Source: Candidatus Latescibacterota bacterium
Lineage (GTDB): Bacteria > Latescibacterota > UBA2968
DNA length: 64,000 nucleotides
Assembly (NCBI GenBank): GCA_965116885.1
Contig: OZ220741.1
Coordinates: 3,840,001-3,904,000 of the forward strand
Direction of reading: 5' to 3'
How positions within the stretch are numbered: the stretch's first letter is position 1; the number at the start of each line of letters is the position of its first letter. Positions 27,016 to 37,850 of this stretch are shown here, piece after piece. The position numbers were made by a program, and so were the translations under genes. Below the pieces are notes generated by a model. The model was not told where the DNA came from. It saw only the letters and a list, made by a program, of their open reading frames with translations, and searched no databases.

Positions 27016-28458
27016 TCAAATCGCGCCTTTAGGGACGCCTTTGCCGACGTGGGGGAGTAAGCCCTGGATTGGTTGCCCGGGCACGAGTTTTCCATTCTGG
27101 ACAAATCCCTCTGGGCGCCCTGTGAGTTCCTCGATCAGTTGATTGCGCCACCAGGCCAATCGGTCGGGGCGATCGCTGGACAGGTCGTTGATTTCGCGGG
27201 GGTCTTCGGTTAGATCAAAGAGCAATTCTCTTCCCGTCTGGGTAAACCAGGCATACTTCTCCTTGCCGTCCGTAAGCCACTGATTGGCTGATGTTGCATG
27301 TTCCCCGTGGATGAACGGACGCCAATTATTTCCGCCACAATTCAGTACACTCTCCCCGTCGAGATCGTCCGGGGTGTCGATTCCCGCGATGTCACAGAAG
27401 GTGGGGAAGATGTCCCGCAGTTCTACCGGCGATTCTACGAGGGATCCGCGTTCCGTAGTGCCAGATGTTTTGGGCATTCGCAGGATGAAGGGCACGCGAG
27501 CGGAGCCGTCATAGGGCACGCCTTTTCCCACATGGTTGTGATCGTAGAGCATTTCACCGTGATCCGCAGTGAAGAGTATGGCCGTGTTGTCCTGAACACC
27601 GTATTCGTTGAGTGCCATAATCATGCGATTGATCTGGAAATCGATGTGTGAGATCTGTGCGTAATACGCTCTTCGGGCAAAGGCCACCAGCGCTGGGTCT
27701 CGTGGGATAGGGCTGTCGTGCCCGCCCCTGCGGAGTTCGTGGTCAACCCAGTTTCCCATGGCGGGTGGGGGAATGTCTTTTTGCAAATAGCGATTCAAGA
27801 AAGACGCGGGCGGGTCCAGCGGCGGATGGGGCCGGTGGTAGGATAGCGTGAGGAAGAAGGGCTTGGATGTGTCGCGCCTGCGCAAAAAGTCAATGCCCTG
27901 AGAGGTAACCCAACTCGTGGGGTGAAGCATTTCGTGGTAGGGCCAGGCTTGCGCCGCGTATCCATTGCATCCCACGCCAGAGTCGTTGTGATCGGCATAG
28001 ACCGCGCCGAGTTTTTCCCGAAGCCAGGGGGTGTAATCGTCGTTCAATCCAAATTCGCGGTTTTCTCGCCGGGCGCGATGCATATAGCCGTCGTGCAGTA
28101 CGACGTTGTGAAAACCCACGAGATTGCGCCAGGGATAGACGTGCATTTTGCCGACGCACTGGGTGTGATAACCCGCATCTGACAGGGTCCCGGGAAGTGT
28201 TACTGGATAGTCCCATTGCACGCCGCCGTTGGTGAGATATCCGTGGCGCTTGGGGGCGAGACCGGTGAGGATTGTGGCGCGGGCAGCAACGCATACCGGG
28301 CACGAGGCATACGCCTGGGTAAATGTGATACCCTCGCCTGCCAGATAATCCAGATGGGGGGTTTCAACTGCGGGATGACCGGTATAGCCCAGGCAATCCC
28401 CTCGCCATTGATCGGTCAGGATAAAGAGTATATTGGGAGTGTTTTCGGTTGTTGGCAT
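27016..28458 (-). CDS. Cys-type sulfatase
   Basis: CVAARATILTG, VGKMH, ADHGEM. Confidence 0.92.
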   Translation of the reverse strand: MPTTENTPNILFILTDQWRGDCLGYTGHPAVETPHLDYLAGEGITFTQAYASCPVCVAARATILTGLAPKRHGYLTNGGVQWDYPVTLPGTLSDAGYHTQCVGKMHVYPWRNLVGFHNVVLHDGYMHRARRENREFGLNDDYTPWLREKLGAVYADHNDSGVGCNGYAAQAWPYHEMLHPTSWVTSQGIDFLRRRDTSKPFFLTLSYHRPHPPLDPPASFLNRYLQKDIPPPAMGNWVDHELRRGGHDSPIPRDPALVAFARRAYYAQISHIDFQINRMIMALNEYGVQDNTAILFTADHGEMLYDHNHVGKGVPYDGSARVPFILRMPKTSGTTERGSLVESPVELRDIFPTFCDIAGIDTPDDLDGESVLNCGGNNWRPFIHGEHATSANQWLTDGKEKYAWFTQTGRELLFDLTEDPREINDLSSDRPDRLAWWRNQLIEELTGRPEGFVQNGKLVPGQPIQGLLPHVGKGVPKGAI

Positions 28459-28459
28459 T

Positions 28460-29242
28460 TTATCCCCTTCGCTTGTTGGCTAAAACCCAGACATCGCGGA
28501 AAAAAGACTGACGGCTTTCTTTTAGGCCATTGATCACGACCGGGTTCATGCAGGGCTTGGGTTCGTGGAAGCGCACGGTTACGTGATTGTACGCGATGAG
28601 GATGGCGCGTCGCGGATTGTCTGGATTGGTCCAGGTAGATCCCGTGTGCCGCACGCCTTCGGAAAATACGACGAGGCTTCCCGGCGGGCAGCCATAAGTT
28701 TCCCAAACGCCTGAGTTTGGATCATCGGCTTCTTTGGGCCAGGTTCCGTCCTGAGCGGAAGCGAGATTGGCTTTGTGCGAACCGGGCACGAGGCAGGTGC
28801 CGCCCTGGCCCTTTTTCACCTCGTTCAATTCCCAGACAATGCGCGTCATTGCGCTGTAGATGCGACCGTTGTGGAAGCGAAAGGAGAACGAAGGGTGGAG
28901 GTTTGTTCCTCCCACGTGAGGCCGCCACTCGTTGCCGGTTTTTTCAGCGGACCGGCCGGATATGAATACGCTTTCCAATCGGATGCGCTCTCGATCCGGA
29001 TCTATGACTTCCTGGAGAATGCCCAGGACCCGCGGGTGATCAATTAAAAATTCAGTGGGACCAGAAATGGGTGAGCGATGGTGCTCGGGCAGGCTTTCGG
29101 GCATTTTCATATATGTGTCGATATGGTCGCGTGCGATCGCGATTTCTTCGTCGGTGAGCACACTGGGGATGACGAGGAAGCCTTTTAAATCGAAGAGGAA
29201 TTTTTCGTAATCCGACATGGGCAGATGTGTTTTCTCAGACAT
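28460..29242 (-). CDS. PhyH family protein
   Basis: EKFLFDLKGFL, VPGSHKAN, VRHTG. Confidence 0.85.
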   Translation of the reverse strand: MSEKTHLPMSDYEKFLFDLKGFLVIPSVLTDEEIAIARDHIDTYMKMPESLPEHHRSPISGPTEFLIDHPRVLGILQEVIDPDRERIRLESVFISGRSAEKTGNEWRPHVGGTNLHPSFSFRFHNGRIYSAMTRIVWELNEVKKGQGGTCLVPGSHKANLASAQDGTWPKEADDPNSGVWETYGCPPGSLVVFSEGVRHTGSTWTNPDNPRRAILIAYNHVTVRFHEPKPCMNPVVINGLKESRQSFFRDVWVLANKRRG

Positions 29243-29254
29243 TGGTTTGCTCCT

Positions 29255-30073
29255 CTATTTTTCGGGCCACGGTCGAAACAAATTGCGCTGTTCTTTTGTA
29301 TATCGCGCCAGTGTATGCGATGTGATATGCTGGGGTTCATCCATGGTGGCGATATTTTGCGACATCATCCAGTAGGGACCATAGCCTACGTGGATGGTTT
29401 TGCGGACTTGATCTGAGCGGTTGGTCAGGCCACCGTGCCGCAGGTGTTCGGTAAAAAAGATCGCATCGCCCGCTTTGGCTTCCAATCCGATCATTCCCGG
29501 TTCTACATCTGGGTCATTGTCATAAGGGCATGGCATGGTGCTTTTGTGTGTGCCGGGAACGACGCAAAACGCGCCTTGTTCATTGGTGACATCGTGTATA
29601 AAGTAAATCATGCGCACCATCATGCAATCGATGCGATCACTGCTGGTATAGCGGTATTTTTGATTTTCCGGTCTCGTGCCGCCGTGGCTGCGCGATGTAT
29701 TGTTTTTGTACCGAATGCGGATCTCTGAATTGTTGATGGTGTAGCGGCCGCGGATGACGGATTGTACGTATGGCAATGTTTTTTCGTGGTTTACCAGGAG
29801 ATCAAATGTTGAATCTGCATTCCAAAAGTCTTCGATGATCAGGGTTTTTCCCTCGGCACATGATCCCTGAACGTGGTAGTCTTTTTCTTTGTTGACGTGA
29901 TATTCGGATCCCCAGACACTGTGTTTTCGAGGCGGTAGATCGACATTGGATAGGGCGTGTTCTTCCAATTTGTCAACGGCTTTGCGCAGGGATTGCACTT
30001 CTGCATCCGTGAGCATGTTTTCGATTGTGATATATCCCCGGCGGTCAAATTCGTATTGTTCGACTTCGTTCAT
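29255..30073 (-). CDS. PhyH family protein
   Basis: FDRRGY, VPGTHKS, AGDAIFFTEHLRHG. Confidence 0.85.
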   Translation of the reverse strand: MNEVEQYEFDRRGYITIENMLTDAEVQSLRKAVDKLEEHALSNVDLPPRKHSVWGSEYHVNKEKDYHVQGSCAEGKTLIIEDFWNADSTFDLLVNHEKTLPYVQSVIRGRYTINNSEIRIRYKNNTSRSHGGTRPENQKYRYTSSDRIDCMMVRMIYFIHDVTNEQGAFCVVPGTHKSTMPCPYDNDPDVEPGMIGLEAKAGDAIFFTEHLRHGGLTNRSDQVRKTIHVGYGPYWMMSQNIATMDEPQHITSHTLARYTKEQRNLFRPWPEK

Positions 30074-30087
30074 TGTGATTCTTCCCG

Positions 30088-31416
30088 TTAGTTCTTCCTG
30101 AATAGGAGCATTGCGATTCGTCTTTCTCCCACCACGACCTTTACAATTGCCTTGATATAGATGGGTTTTTTTAGCAATGCGAGTTCCCGGACTTTTGCCT
30201 TGAGGTCCGGATGCGGGTCATCGATTCTGATCACGCCTTTAAAAGAACGCTTTGAATTTTCGGCATCGACCATCTGTCCGTTCTGGACCATCTCGTTATT
30301 CTCTGGCTCATCGGCATCCATCTCGATAATCATACTCAGATCTGTGATTTCATTTACGGATAGGGGCTGACCGCCTGTGTCGAATTGCCGTTCCAAAATG
30401 CGTTCCTGAAGTGTATTCTGGATTTCCTGTTGAATCTCGTTGGGAAAAGTGTGAATCCTGAATTCCGCGGTGTGGGTACCTTCGATGACTGTGCCGGTTA
30501 GTGTTATCCGGCTTAAAGGCTCGGCTTCGATCTTCTCTCCGGGATTGAGTGGCCCGGCATTTTGCACGTTTAATGTGCTGTGGAGATCGATTTTTTTTAC
30601 CTTGCCGAGGGCGAAGACCGTATCGTCTTCTATGGCGACGAGTTTGCCCGAAAAATACTCTTCCAATTGCTTGGTGACCTGACCATCCGAAATGTCGTTG
30701 AATTGTGCAAATCCCGTGCGCCACCAATCCGGTGAATCGACGTCTGTTCTCAGTATTTCGCCATCTCCATAAGTTGTAATCAATTCAATCTGAGCCGGTT
30801 GGCCGACGCGCGCAAGCCTTTGTACGGCGCCCTTTAGACCTGCGGAAATTCGCAGATCGTCAAAATCCAGGATACGCGCGATTTCGTCTCCCTCCGACAC
30901 GACCGTTCCGACGATTTCCTCTTCAAACAGGATGACGCCAGAGTGCGTAGCAGTCAATGTCTCGCGTCTGGGTAGATCTTGCTCCCAGATGGACGCCGAA
31001 CTTCGGAGCGTGCCCAGAAGTTCCCGTTCCGATAGAGTTAGAGAGGATGATATTGCAAGGCTGTCGAGTTCACCACTCAGTTCTTCTGCTACTTGTTTTG
31101 CGCGATAGCGGTTGACCTGGGATTGATCTCTGGAAATTTCAAATAGGGGCTGACCAATTGTTACGTCGGTTTTATTTTCGACGAGTGCTTCTATGACTAT
31201 GACATCCTCATCAGAAGATAGGACATATTCGTGCGGCTTGATCGGTTCGGCATTAGATAACACGAGGTCTTCTGTCTTCGTAAACCACAGAAAGGCGATG
31301 GCTGCGGCGACCGCAAAAACAAAGCCATACCCGAATATCTCCAGATATTTGACGTACTTCGCAATAAGTCTGCGGGTTCTCAAGCTCTGTGTTTTCGGTT
31401 TCTCTGTCGTTTGCAT
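30088..31416 (-). CDS. Atypical HlyD-like membrane fusion protein
   Basis: N-terminal TM, split lipoyl-like motifs (VTIGQPLF; ATHSGVI...GTVVSEGDEI) around a helical hairpin; downstream of an ABC exporter. Confidence 0.6.
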   Translation of the reverse strand: MQTTEKPKTQSLRTRRLIAKYVKYLEIFGYGFVFAVAAAIAFLWFTKTEDLVLSNAEPIKPHEYVLSSDEDVIVIEALVENKTDVTIGQPLFEISRDQSQVNRYRAKQVAEELSGELDSLAISSSLTLSERELLGTLRSSASIWEQDLPRRETLTATHSGVILFEEEIVGTVVSEGDEIARILDFDDLRISAGLKGAVQRLARVGQPAQIELITTYGDGEILRTDVDSPDWWRTGFAQFNDISDGQVTKQLEEYFSGKLVAIEDDTVFALGKVKKIDLHSTLNVQNAGPLNPGEKIEAEPLSRITLTGTVIEGTHTAEFRIHTFPNEIQQEIQNTLQERILERQFDTGGQPLSVNEITDLSMIIEMDADEPENNEMVQNGQMVDAENSKRSFKGVIRIDDPHPDLKAKVRELALLKKPIYIKAIVKVVVGERRIAMLLFRKN

Positions 31417-31446
31417 TTTTTTACCTGTGGTTATGAAGAGATCGCG

Positions 31447-33243
31447 TTACCCAACCTGTCTGGTATCATCCAGGCCGAGGTATCGCCGGTACATCTCTGC
31501 GTACTCGCCCCCATTGCGAATCAGTTCTGCGTGTGTTCCTTGTTCGAGGATCTGACCGTCGCCGAGAACGATGATCTGGTCGGCATTTGCCACTGTTGTG
31601 AGTCTGTGAGAGACTATGAATGTGGTGCGCCCTTCTGCCACGCGGTTCAGGCTTTGCAAAAATCGCTGTTCTGTGGCGCTGTCCAGGGATGATGTGGGTT
31701 CGTCCAGAATGAGAATTTTGGGATCGCGAACCATGGCCCGGGCTATCCCGATCCGCTGTTTCTGTCCTCCTGAGATTCGCGTGCCTTCTCGGAGGTCGGT
31801 GTCATATCCGTTGCGTTGGGATGAGGCAAATGCGTCTATGTCCGCCAGTTGGGCGGCTCTGACCACTTCATCGTCAGATGCATGGGGCTGACCGAACAGG
31901 ATATTTTCTTTGATTGTTCCGTTGAACAAATGCGTTTCCTGTAAAACCAGACCAACCTGGTCCTGATAGGTGCTTGATTTTACTTCTCTGAGGTCCTGGC
32001 CATCTACTATTACCCTTCCCGAATCCGGGTCGTATAGCCGGAGAAGCAGGTTCGCTACCGTGGTTTTGCCCGATCCACTGTGTCCCACCAGGGCGATTTT
32101 TTGACCTGCCTGAACGGTGAAGCTCAGATTGCGCAGGATCGGTGTGCCATCCTCATAAGAAAAGGAAACATTGTCAAAGACGACATCGCCCCTGACAGGT
32201 GGCATTGCCGATGCATTGGGACGGTCTGTAACAGCGGGAACCTGATCCAGTGTTTCGAGAATGCGCTCGGCGGGAACCATTGCAATGCGAACTTGCTGAA
32301 AATACCGAATCAGGACTTGAATGGGATTGGATAGGCGGTTCGAATAGGAGAAAATGGGGAAGACGGACCCATAGGAGAGGTTGCCTAAAATAACTTCTCT
32401 GAGGAAGTACAGTCTTATCAGTTGATTTTTAGCCCAGGGGAGCAAGCCGCTATTGCCCGCGATTTCTCGTTCGATGGTACGCATATAAAACAGGCGCATC
32501 GCGGCGCGATAGCCTTCGATGGTGAGATTAACATATCGCTTTACTTCGTGCCGGCGCCGACCAAATGTCTGTACGACAGCTACCCCGGCAACGCCTTCTT
32601 GAAGCCCGGCGTCGCGCGCTTGCCATCTTTCTCTTACGCGGCGATCGAATCTGCGCTGTATGGTCGCGATCTTCTGGGCGATCATTCCATAAGGGATTGA
32701 GTAAATCAGAATGACCAGCGAGACTCGCCAGTCCAACCAGGTGGTGAAGATGAGTATGAGTATGAACTCATAGACCGCCCGCAATGTCGCTGGCAAGATG
32801 TCCGTAATCATGCGCATTACGGCCCCCGTATCTGCACTGGCGCGATACATGTGCTCGCCAATACCACGACTCTCGTAGAAGGTCATGGAGAGACGCTGGA
32901 GGTGGGTGAAGAAGTGGGTTTTGAGGGCTAAGCTCACGCGTAGATCTACGTAGTGATTGAGTATGGTTGACATGGTGCCGACCAATCTCTGAATCAGAAC
33001 AAGCACGACATAGGCGACAAAGATGCTGTAGAACAGGTTCCAATCCTGATTTGGAAAAGCATCATCGACGAGGAACTTGCTCAGCCACGGATTCACAACC
33101 CGAAACGTGCTGACTACGATCGTGCCCATTACGACGAGCAGCGCCTTATCCCAGACTGGGATCATCAATCTGAGAAAACGCAGAAAGACTCTTATGAGCG
33201 ACTGTTTTGCTCCCTTGCGGGGAGGTGGAAAATAGTTGAACAT
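31447..33243 (-). CDS. ABC exporter, fused TMD plus NBD
   Basis: GHSGSGKT, ISGGQKQR, ILDEPTS. Confidence 0.92.
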   Translation of the reverse strand: MFNYFPPPRKGAKQSLIRVFLRFLRLMIPVWDKALLVVMGTIVVSTFRVVNPWLSKFLVDDAFPNQDWNLFYSIFVAYVVLVLIQRLVGTMSTILNHYVDLRVSLALKTHFFTHLQRLSMTFYESRGIGEHMYRASADTGAVMRMITDILPATLRAVYEFILILIFTTWLDWRVSLVILIYSIPYGMIAQKIATIQRRFDRRVRERWQARDAGLQEGVAGVAVVQTFGRRRHEVKRYVNLTIEGYRAAMRLFYMRTIEREIAGNSGLLPWAKNQLIRLYFLREVILGNLSYGSVFPIFSYSNRLSNPIQVLIRYFQQVRIAMVPAERILETLDQVPAVTDRPNASAMPPVRGDVVFDNVSFSYEDGTPILRNLSFTVQAGQKIALVGHSGSGKTTVANLLLRLYDPDSGRVIVDGQDLREVKSSTYQDQVGLVLQETHLFNGTIKENILFGQPHASDDEVVRAAQLADIDAFASSQRNGYDTDLREGTRISGGQKQRIGIARAMVRDPKILILDEPTSSLDSATEQRFLQSLNRVAEGRTTFIVSHRLTTVANADQIIVLGDGQILEQGTHAELIRNGGEYAEMYRRYLGLDDTRQVG

Positions 33244-33305
33244 CGTCCGGCCTTAGTCCTGTCGAAATACAGGCGTGGAGGCTATTTCTACGAAAGACAC
33301 CAAAC

Positions 33306-33349
33306 CGCTTAAATTAGGCGAAGATATGTTCGAATGTCAATTGGATTCT
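33306..33349 (-). promoter_or_regulatory. 44-bp duplicated sigma70-like promoter, copy 1
   Basis: 41/44 identical to 43298-43341; TTGACA-N18-TAATTT on the minus strand. Confidence 0.7.
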
Positions 33350-33457
33350 CGGGTTTGTGGGAGAACAGAAAACAATTGCGTCTGACAGAAAATCCACTTT
33401 TTTATACAGTAGTCTATATGTTGTGACACATTCATTGCATCTGCAGGAGACTCTTTC

Positions 33458-35908
33458 ATGTTTAACCTGATCGGAAATTACGCCAAAATTGCTATCAGGA
33501 ATTTGATGCGGAACAAAGTGTATTCCGCGCTCAACATCCTCGGCTTGGGCATCGCCATGTCCTGTTGTCTTTTGATTGTGTTGTTTTTACAACGCGAACT
33601 GCAATACGATCACAGATATGAAAAGGGAGATCGCATCTACAAGGTCGTGCGAGAAATAAATATCCAGGGCGGGTCGCGCAATTTTTCCTGGGGTACGTCG
33701 GGATCACTGGGACCCGCGTTGCAACGCGATTTCCCCGAAGTGGAATCCGCCGTTCGGATATGGCCCTGGAATGTGAAGGTCGAACGCGAGAATATTTTGT
33801 TTCCCACACGGCTCAATCGCGTTGACAAACACGTATTTGACGTATTTGAAGCCGAATTTGTTCAGGGCAGCGCACAGACGGCTTTTGAAGACCCAACGAG
33901 TATTGTGATTACCGAGCGCATGGCGAATGTTATCTACGGCGAGGAAAACCCGATGGGCAAGGTGCTCACCGTTGTCAATTCGATCTTTGGCGGAGATTAT
34001 ATTGTGCGGGGTGTGTTGAAAGATCGCCTTGAGCCTACGACAATCCCATTTAATATGTTCGTATCGAGAGATGCCAATGCCCAATGGAGAAACAAATTGC
34101 ACAGCTGGGATCCGGCTGCGGGTTTTCGACCGGTACAAACCTATATTTTGCTTCAAGAAGGGGTTTCTCCCAAAACACTGGAGCAAAAATTTCCAGATTT
34201 TATAACGCGCTATATGGGCGCGGAAATCCAAAAATACAATGCGTATCATCTTCAACCCCTGCATCGGGTCTATTTGCATTCGCGTGCAGATTACGATATC
34301 AGGAGCTTCGGCGATATCGATCAACTCTATACGATGTGTGTGATTGCCGCATTTATTCTGATCATTGCCTGCGTGAACTTTATGAATCTGGCGACAGCCC
34401 AATCAGTCCGGCGCGCAAGAGAGGTGGGCTTGCGAAAAGTGGTCGGTGCCAGTCGCGGTCAGTTGATCCAGCAATTTCTGGGAGAATCCCTGATTGTCGC
34501 CTGTCTCGCGTCGTTGCTTGCAATTATTGTCGCCCGGGCGATGCTGCCCGTGTTTAATGATTTGATCCAGCAAAATCTGGTATTAGATCTCAAGGCTTAT
34601 ATGACTTTGATCCCGGCGTTGATCGGCGTGGTATTGGTATCCGGGATACTCGCCGGGGGTTATCCCGCCTTTGTTTTATCCGCCTGGCAACCGATTGATA
34701 CATTGAAGAGCCAGGTTCAATCCAGATCGGGTGGTTCGTGGTTCTGGAAGGGACTGGTAATATTCCAATTTTCAATTTCGATTTTTTTAATTGTGGGCAC
34801 GCTGGTCGTGCGCAACCAGATCTCTTATATGCTGGATCGGGATCTGGGGGTTGATACAGAACACCTGGTCATGTTACCCATTTTTACTTCGAGCCGAGAG
34901 GCGCATTTTGTTCACGCCAACCGCCTGTCGTCGCGATACAGTACTGTGAAGCAGTCGTTTTTGAGGCATCCCAATGTGGTGGGGGCAACGGCATCTCAGT
35001 ATCGCGCCTTCCCCAGCGGGGGTGGCTCGCGGCGCAAGCCCATTCGACCAGAGGATTTGCCGGGGGATGACTGGTGGATTCTGATTAACGAGGTCGATGG
35101 GGATTTTGTAAAAACAATGGGTATTGAGCTGGTTGCTGGCAAAAACTTCACCCCGGGCAAGGGCAATCCCCTCAGGGGATGGACGCGCGAATTTCTGATC
35201 AATGAGTCGGCAGCCAAATTATTTGGCTGGGACAATCCCATCGGCAAACAAATTCAGAAGCTGGATGGGGGCGGCGGCACGGGTACTGTTGTGGGCGTGT
35301 TTAAGGATTACCATTTTGATTCCTTAAAGGAAAAAATCGCGCCCCTCGCATTTGTCCAGTGGGCCAGGCTATATGCGTATTTAACGCTTAAAATAAAGGG
35401 CGGGCAGTTTGTAGAGACGATGGATTTTTTGGAAGAGGAATGGTATAAATTCGTGCCCAACGAAGCGTTTAATCCCATTTTTATGGACGATGGATTTGCC
35501 TCTGCGTACCGGAATGAACTTCGTCTGAGAAGAATTGCTGGCATTTCTTCATTGCTGGCGATCGTGGTGTGTTGTTTGGGTCTGTTCGGTTTGGCCGCTA
35601 TTTCTGCCCAACGGCGCACAAAGGAGATTGGGGTGCGCAAGGTGCTCGGTGCGTCTGCCGGGCAAATTGTGACGATGTTTTCAGCCGAATTTGTCAAGCT
35701 GGTCGCGTTTGCCAGTCTCATAGCCTGGCCCCTGGCTTATTACATGCTCGATGACTGGTTAGCCGATTTTGCCTACCGCATTGGTCTGGATGTCTCAGTA
35801 TTTGTATTGAGTAGTGTACTGGCTATCGCCATTGCCCTGATTACAGTGAGTTACCAGGCATGGAAAGCGGCGCAGACCAATCCGATTGAGGCGCTTAAAT
35901 ACGAATGA
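33458..35908 (+). CDS. MacB/FtsX-like ABC permease (duplicated architecture)
   Basis: ACVNFMNLATA, REVGLRKVVGA, KEIGVRKVLGAS, NPIEALKYE. Confidence 0.92.
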   Translation: MFNLIGNYAKIAIRNLMRNKVYSALNILGLGIAMSCCLLIVLFLQRELQYDHRYEKGDRIYKVVREINIQGGSRNFSWGTSGSLGPALQRDFPEVESAVRIWPWNVKVERENILFPTRLNRVDKHVFDVFEAEFVQGSAQTAFEDPTSIVITERMANVIYGEENPMGKVLTVVNSIFGGDYIVRGVLKDRLEPTTIPFNMFVSRDANAQWRNKLHSWDPAAGFRPVQTYILLQEGVSPKTLEQKFPDFITRYMGAEIQKYNAYHLQPLHRVYLHSRADYDIRSFGDIDQLYTMCVIAAFILIIACVNFMNLATAQSVRRAREVGLRKVVGASRGQLIQQFLGESLIVACLASLLAIIVARAMLPVFNDLIQQNLVLDLKAYMTLIPALIGVVLVSGILAGGYPAFVLSAWQPIDTLKSQVQSRSGGSWFWKGLVIFQFSISIFLIVGTLVVRNQISYMLDRDLGVDTEHLVMLPIFTSSREAHFVHANRLSSRYSTVKQSFLRHPNVVGATASQYRAFPSGGGSRRKPIRPEDLPGDDWWILINEVDGDFVKTMGIELVAGKNFTPGKGNPLRGWTREFLINESAAKLFGWDNPIGKQIQKLDGGGGTGTVVGVFKDYHFDSLKEKIAPLAFVQWARLYAYLTLKIKGGQFVETMDFLEEEWYKFVPNEAFNPIFMDDGFASAYRNELRLRRIAGISSLLAIVVCCLGLFGLAAISAQRRTKEIGVRKVLGASAGQIVTMFSAEFVKLVAFASLIAWPLAYYMLDDWLADFAYRIGLDVSVFVLSSVLAIAIALITVSYQAWKAAQTNPIEALKYE

Positions 35909-35912
35909 GGTC

Positions 35913-37766
35913 TCAGTCGGCTGCATCGACGTCTGTGCCCAACTGCATCTGCTCATCCCATATTCTGCGGTAGAGACCGTTTGCTGATAGCAAGTCGTCG
36001 TGTGTACCGTTTTCGACAATTCTGCCCTGATCCAAAACGTATATTCGGTCTGCTTTTTGAACTGTCATGAGCCTGTGAGAAACCATCACGGTGGTTCGCC
36101 CTTCCGATACGTTCCAGATTGTGTCCATGACGTGTTCTTCCGATCGAGAATCCAGGTTTGAGGTCGCTTCATCCAGAATGAAAACCGCGGGATCTCTGAT
36201 CAGGGCGCGGGCAATACCTATTCTTTGCTTTTGTCCGCCGGATAATCTCGTTCCCTCTCCAAGATCTCTTTCAAATCCCTCCGGGTGGGCGATGACGGCA
36301 TCGTAAAGCGCGGCCATGCGGGCGGCTTCCTCCACGTCTGCATCCGAAGCCTTTAGATTTCCATACCGGATATTCTCGCGGACAGTTCCGGAAAATAAGA
36401 AGGTGTCTTGCAGCACGACGCCGAGTTGATTGCGGTAGCTCAAGAGTCGGACGTCTTTCAAGTCGCGTCCATCTACGAGAACCGATCCGGTGGTGGGATC
36501 GTAAAGCCTCAAGATGAGGTATAGCATCGAGGTCTTGCCCGAGCCACTCGGGCCCACGAATGCGACGCGCTCCCCAGGACGGATTGTGATGTTGATATTT
36601 TCCAGAACGGGCTGTCCCGATACGTATTCGAATCCCACATTTCTGAATTCGATTGTGCCGCTGAGGGGCGGCATGGTGCTCGCATCGGGCGCATCGCTTA
36701 TCTGGGGGCGAACGTCAAGGGTTTGCAGGACGCGTTCGGCCTGGACGAGTTGAAGGCGAATGCTCTGGATCAGCTTGATCATTCTCTCCATTGGGCCTTC
36801 AAATTGCCGGGCGAGGAAAAACACAACACTGAATTCTCCGATGCTCAACTCCCCGGTCATGGTGTGGTAACCCACGTAGAGCCACAGCAATTTTTCAACG
36901 CCCTCAGAGAGAAACCACAGAACGCCCTGGTGGGTAAAGATATGTAGAACGCGGTACTTGATCCAGTATCTGCGGTTTTCGATAAAAGTCGATGCATATC
37001 GACGGGCAGACCAGCGCATGCGACCAAAACCTTTGACGGTCTTGGTCGCGGCTATACCGTCTCTCAAGATCGTCCTCAGGTACTGTGCCTGCATTCTCAT
37101 GTCCCAGCGGACTCTCTGAAGGCGCGTGTAGAAGTAGTGGGATAGGGCTGTGTAGGGAAAGGAGTAGAGAAAAATCAGCACTGTGAGATAGGGATCGACC
37201 AGACTGAGGATGATGCCCGTCCAGATAATCCGGTAGGCTATGGTGATCGCATTGGGAACATCGTCGGTGATCATGGTGATCAGGCCACCTCCGACGTCAG
37301 CGGTGCTGCGATACATGTGTTCGCCGATGGGCCGACTCTGAAGAAAGCCCAGGGATAGTTTGTGGAGGTGGTCGTAGAAGATCGTGCGCAGGTGGATGGT
37401 GACTTTCATGTCGATATACCACCCGAGGATACGCCGTGTTATCTGAGAGACATTCGAGATGACATACATCAGGAACTTGATACCAAAGACAATAAATAAA
37501 AGCTGCAAGCGGCGATCTACTGGCAGGTCGAAGTTCAAGATGACGTCATCGACCAGATATCGATTCACAAAAACGCTTATCTCACGGAGCGGAACGCCTA
37601 CCATGATGAATAGCATCCCGAGGATGACTTTTGTCTTATGGGGATACAGGTACTTAAAAAATCGCCAGAAGGTTTCCCATTCGCGGTTTGCCCGTTCCTG
37701 TTCTGGAGACCAGGCGGGACCGCGCCATACTTCGGGCTTTCTCTGTCGGATGTCGAGAAGTCTCAT
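35913..37766 (-). CDS. ABC exporter, fused TMD plus NBD (paralog of 31447-33243)
   Basis: GPSGSGKT, LSGGQKQR, ILDEATS; shares IGEHMYR with the paralog. Confidence 0.92.
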   Translation of the reverse strand: MRLLDIRQRKPEVWRGPAWSPEQERANREWETFWRFFKYLYPHKTKVILGMLFIMVGVPLREISVFVNRYLVDDVILNFDLPVDRRLQLLFIVFGIKFLMYVISNVSQITRRILGWYIDMKVTIHLRTIFYDHLHKLSLGFLQSRPIGEHMYRSTADVGGGLITMITDDVPNAITIAYRIIWTGIILSLVDPYLTVLIFLYSFPYTALSHYFYTRLQRVRWDMRMQAQYLRTILRDGIAATKTVKGFGRMRWSARRYASTFIENRRYWIKYRVLHIFTHQGVLWFLSEGVEKLLWLYVGYHTMTGELSIGEFSVVFFLARQFEGPMERMIKLIQSIRLQLVQAERVLQTLDVRPQISDAPDASTMPPLSGTIEFRNVGFEYVSGQPVLENINITIRPGERVAFVGPSGSGKTSMLYLILRLYDPTTGSVLVDGRDLKDVRLLSYRNQLGVVLQDTFLFSGTVRENIRYGNLKASDADVEEAARMAALYDAVIAHPEGFERDLGEGTRLSGGQKQRIGIARALIRDPAVFILDEATSNLDSRSEEHVMDTIWNVSEGRTTVMVSHRLMTVQKADRIYVLDQGRIVENGTHDDLLSANGLYRRIWDEQMQLGTDVDAAD

Positions 37767-37850
37767 TGCATCCTCAGGTCTTGTGAGACCTTTGTAAAAT
37801 CAACATTGACGCGTAAATTTATGAATATTCCGGATAATCCGCTACCTAAT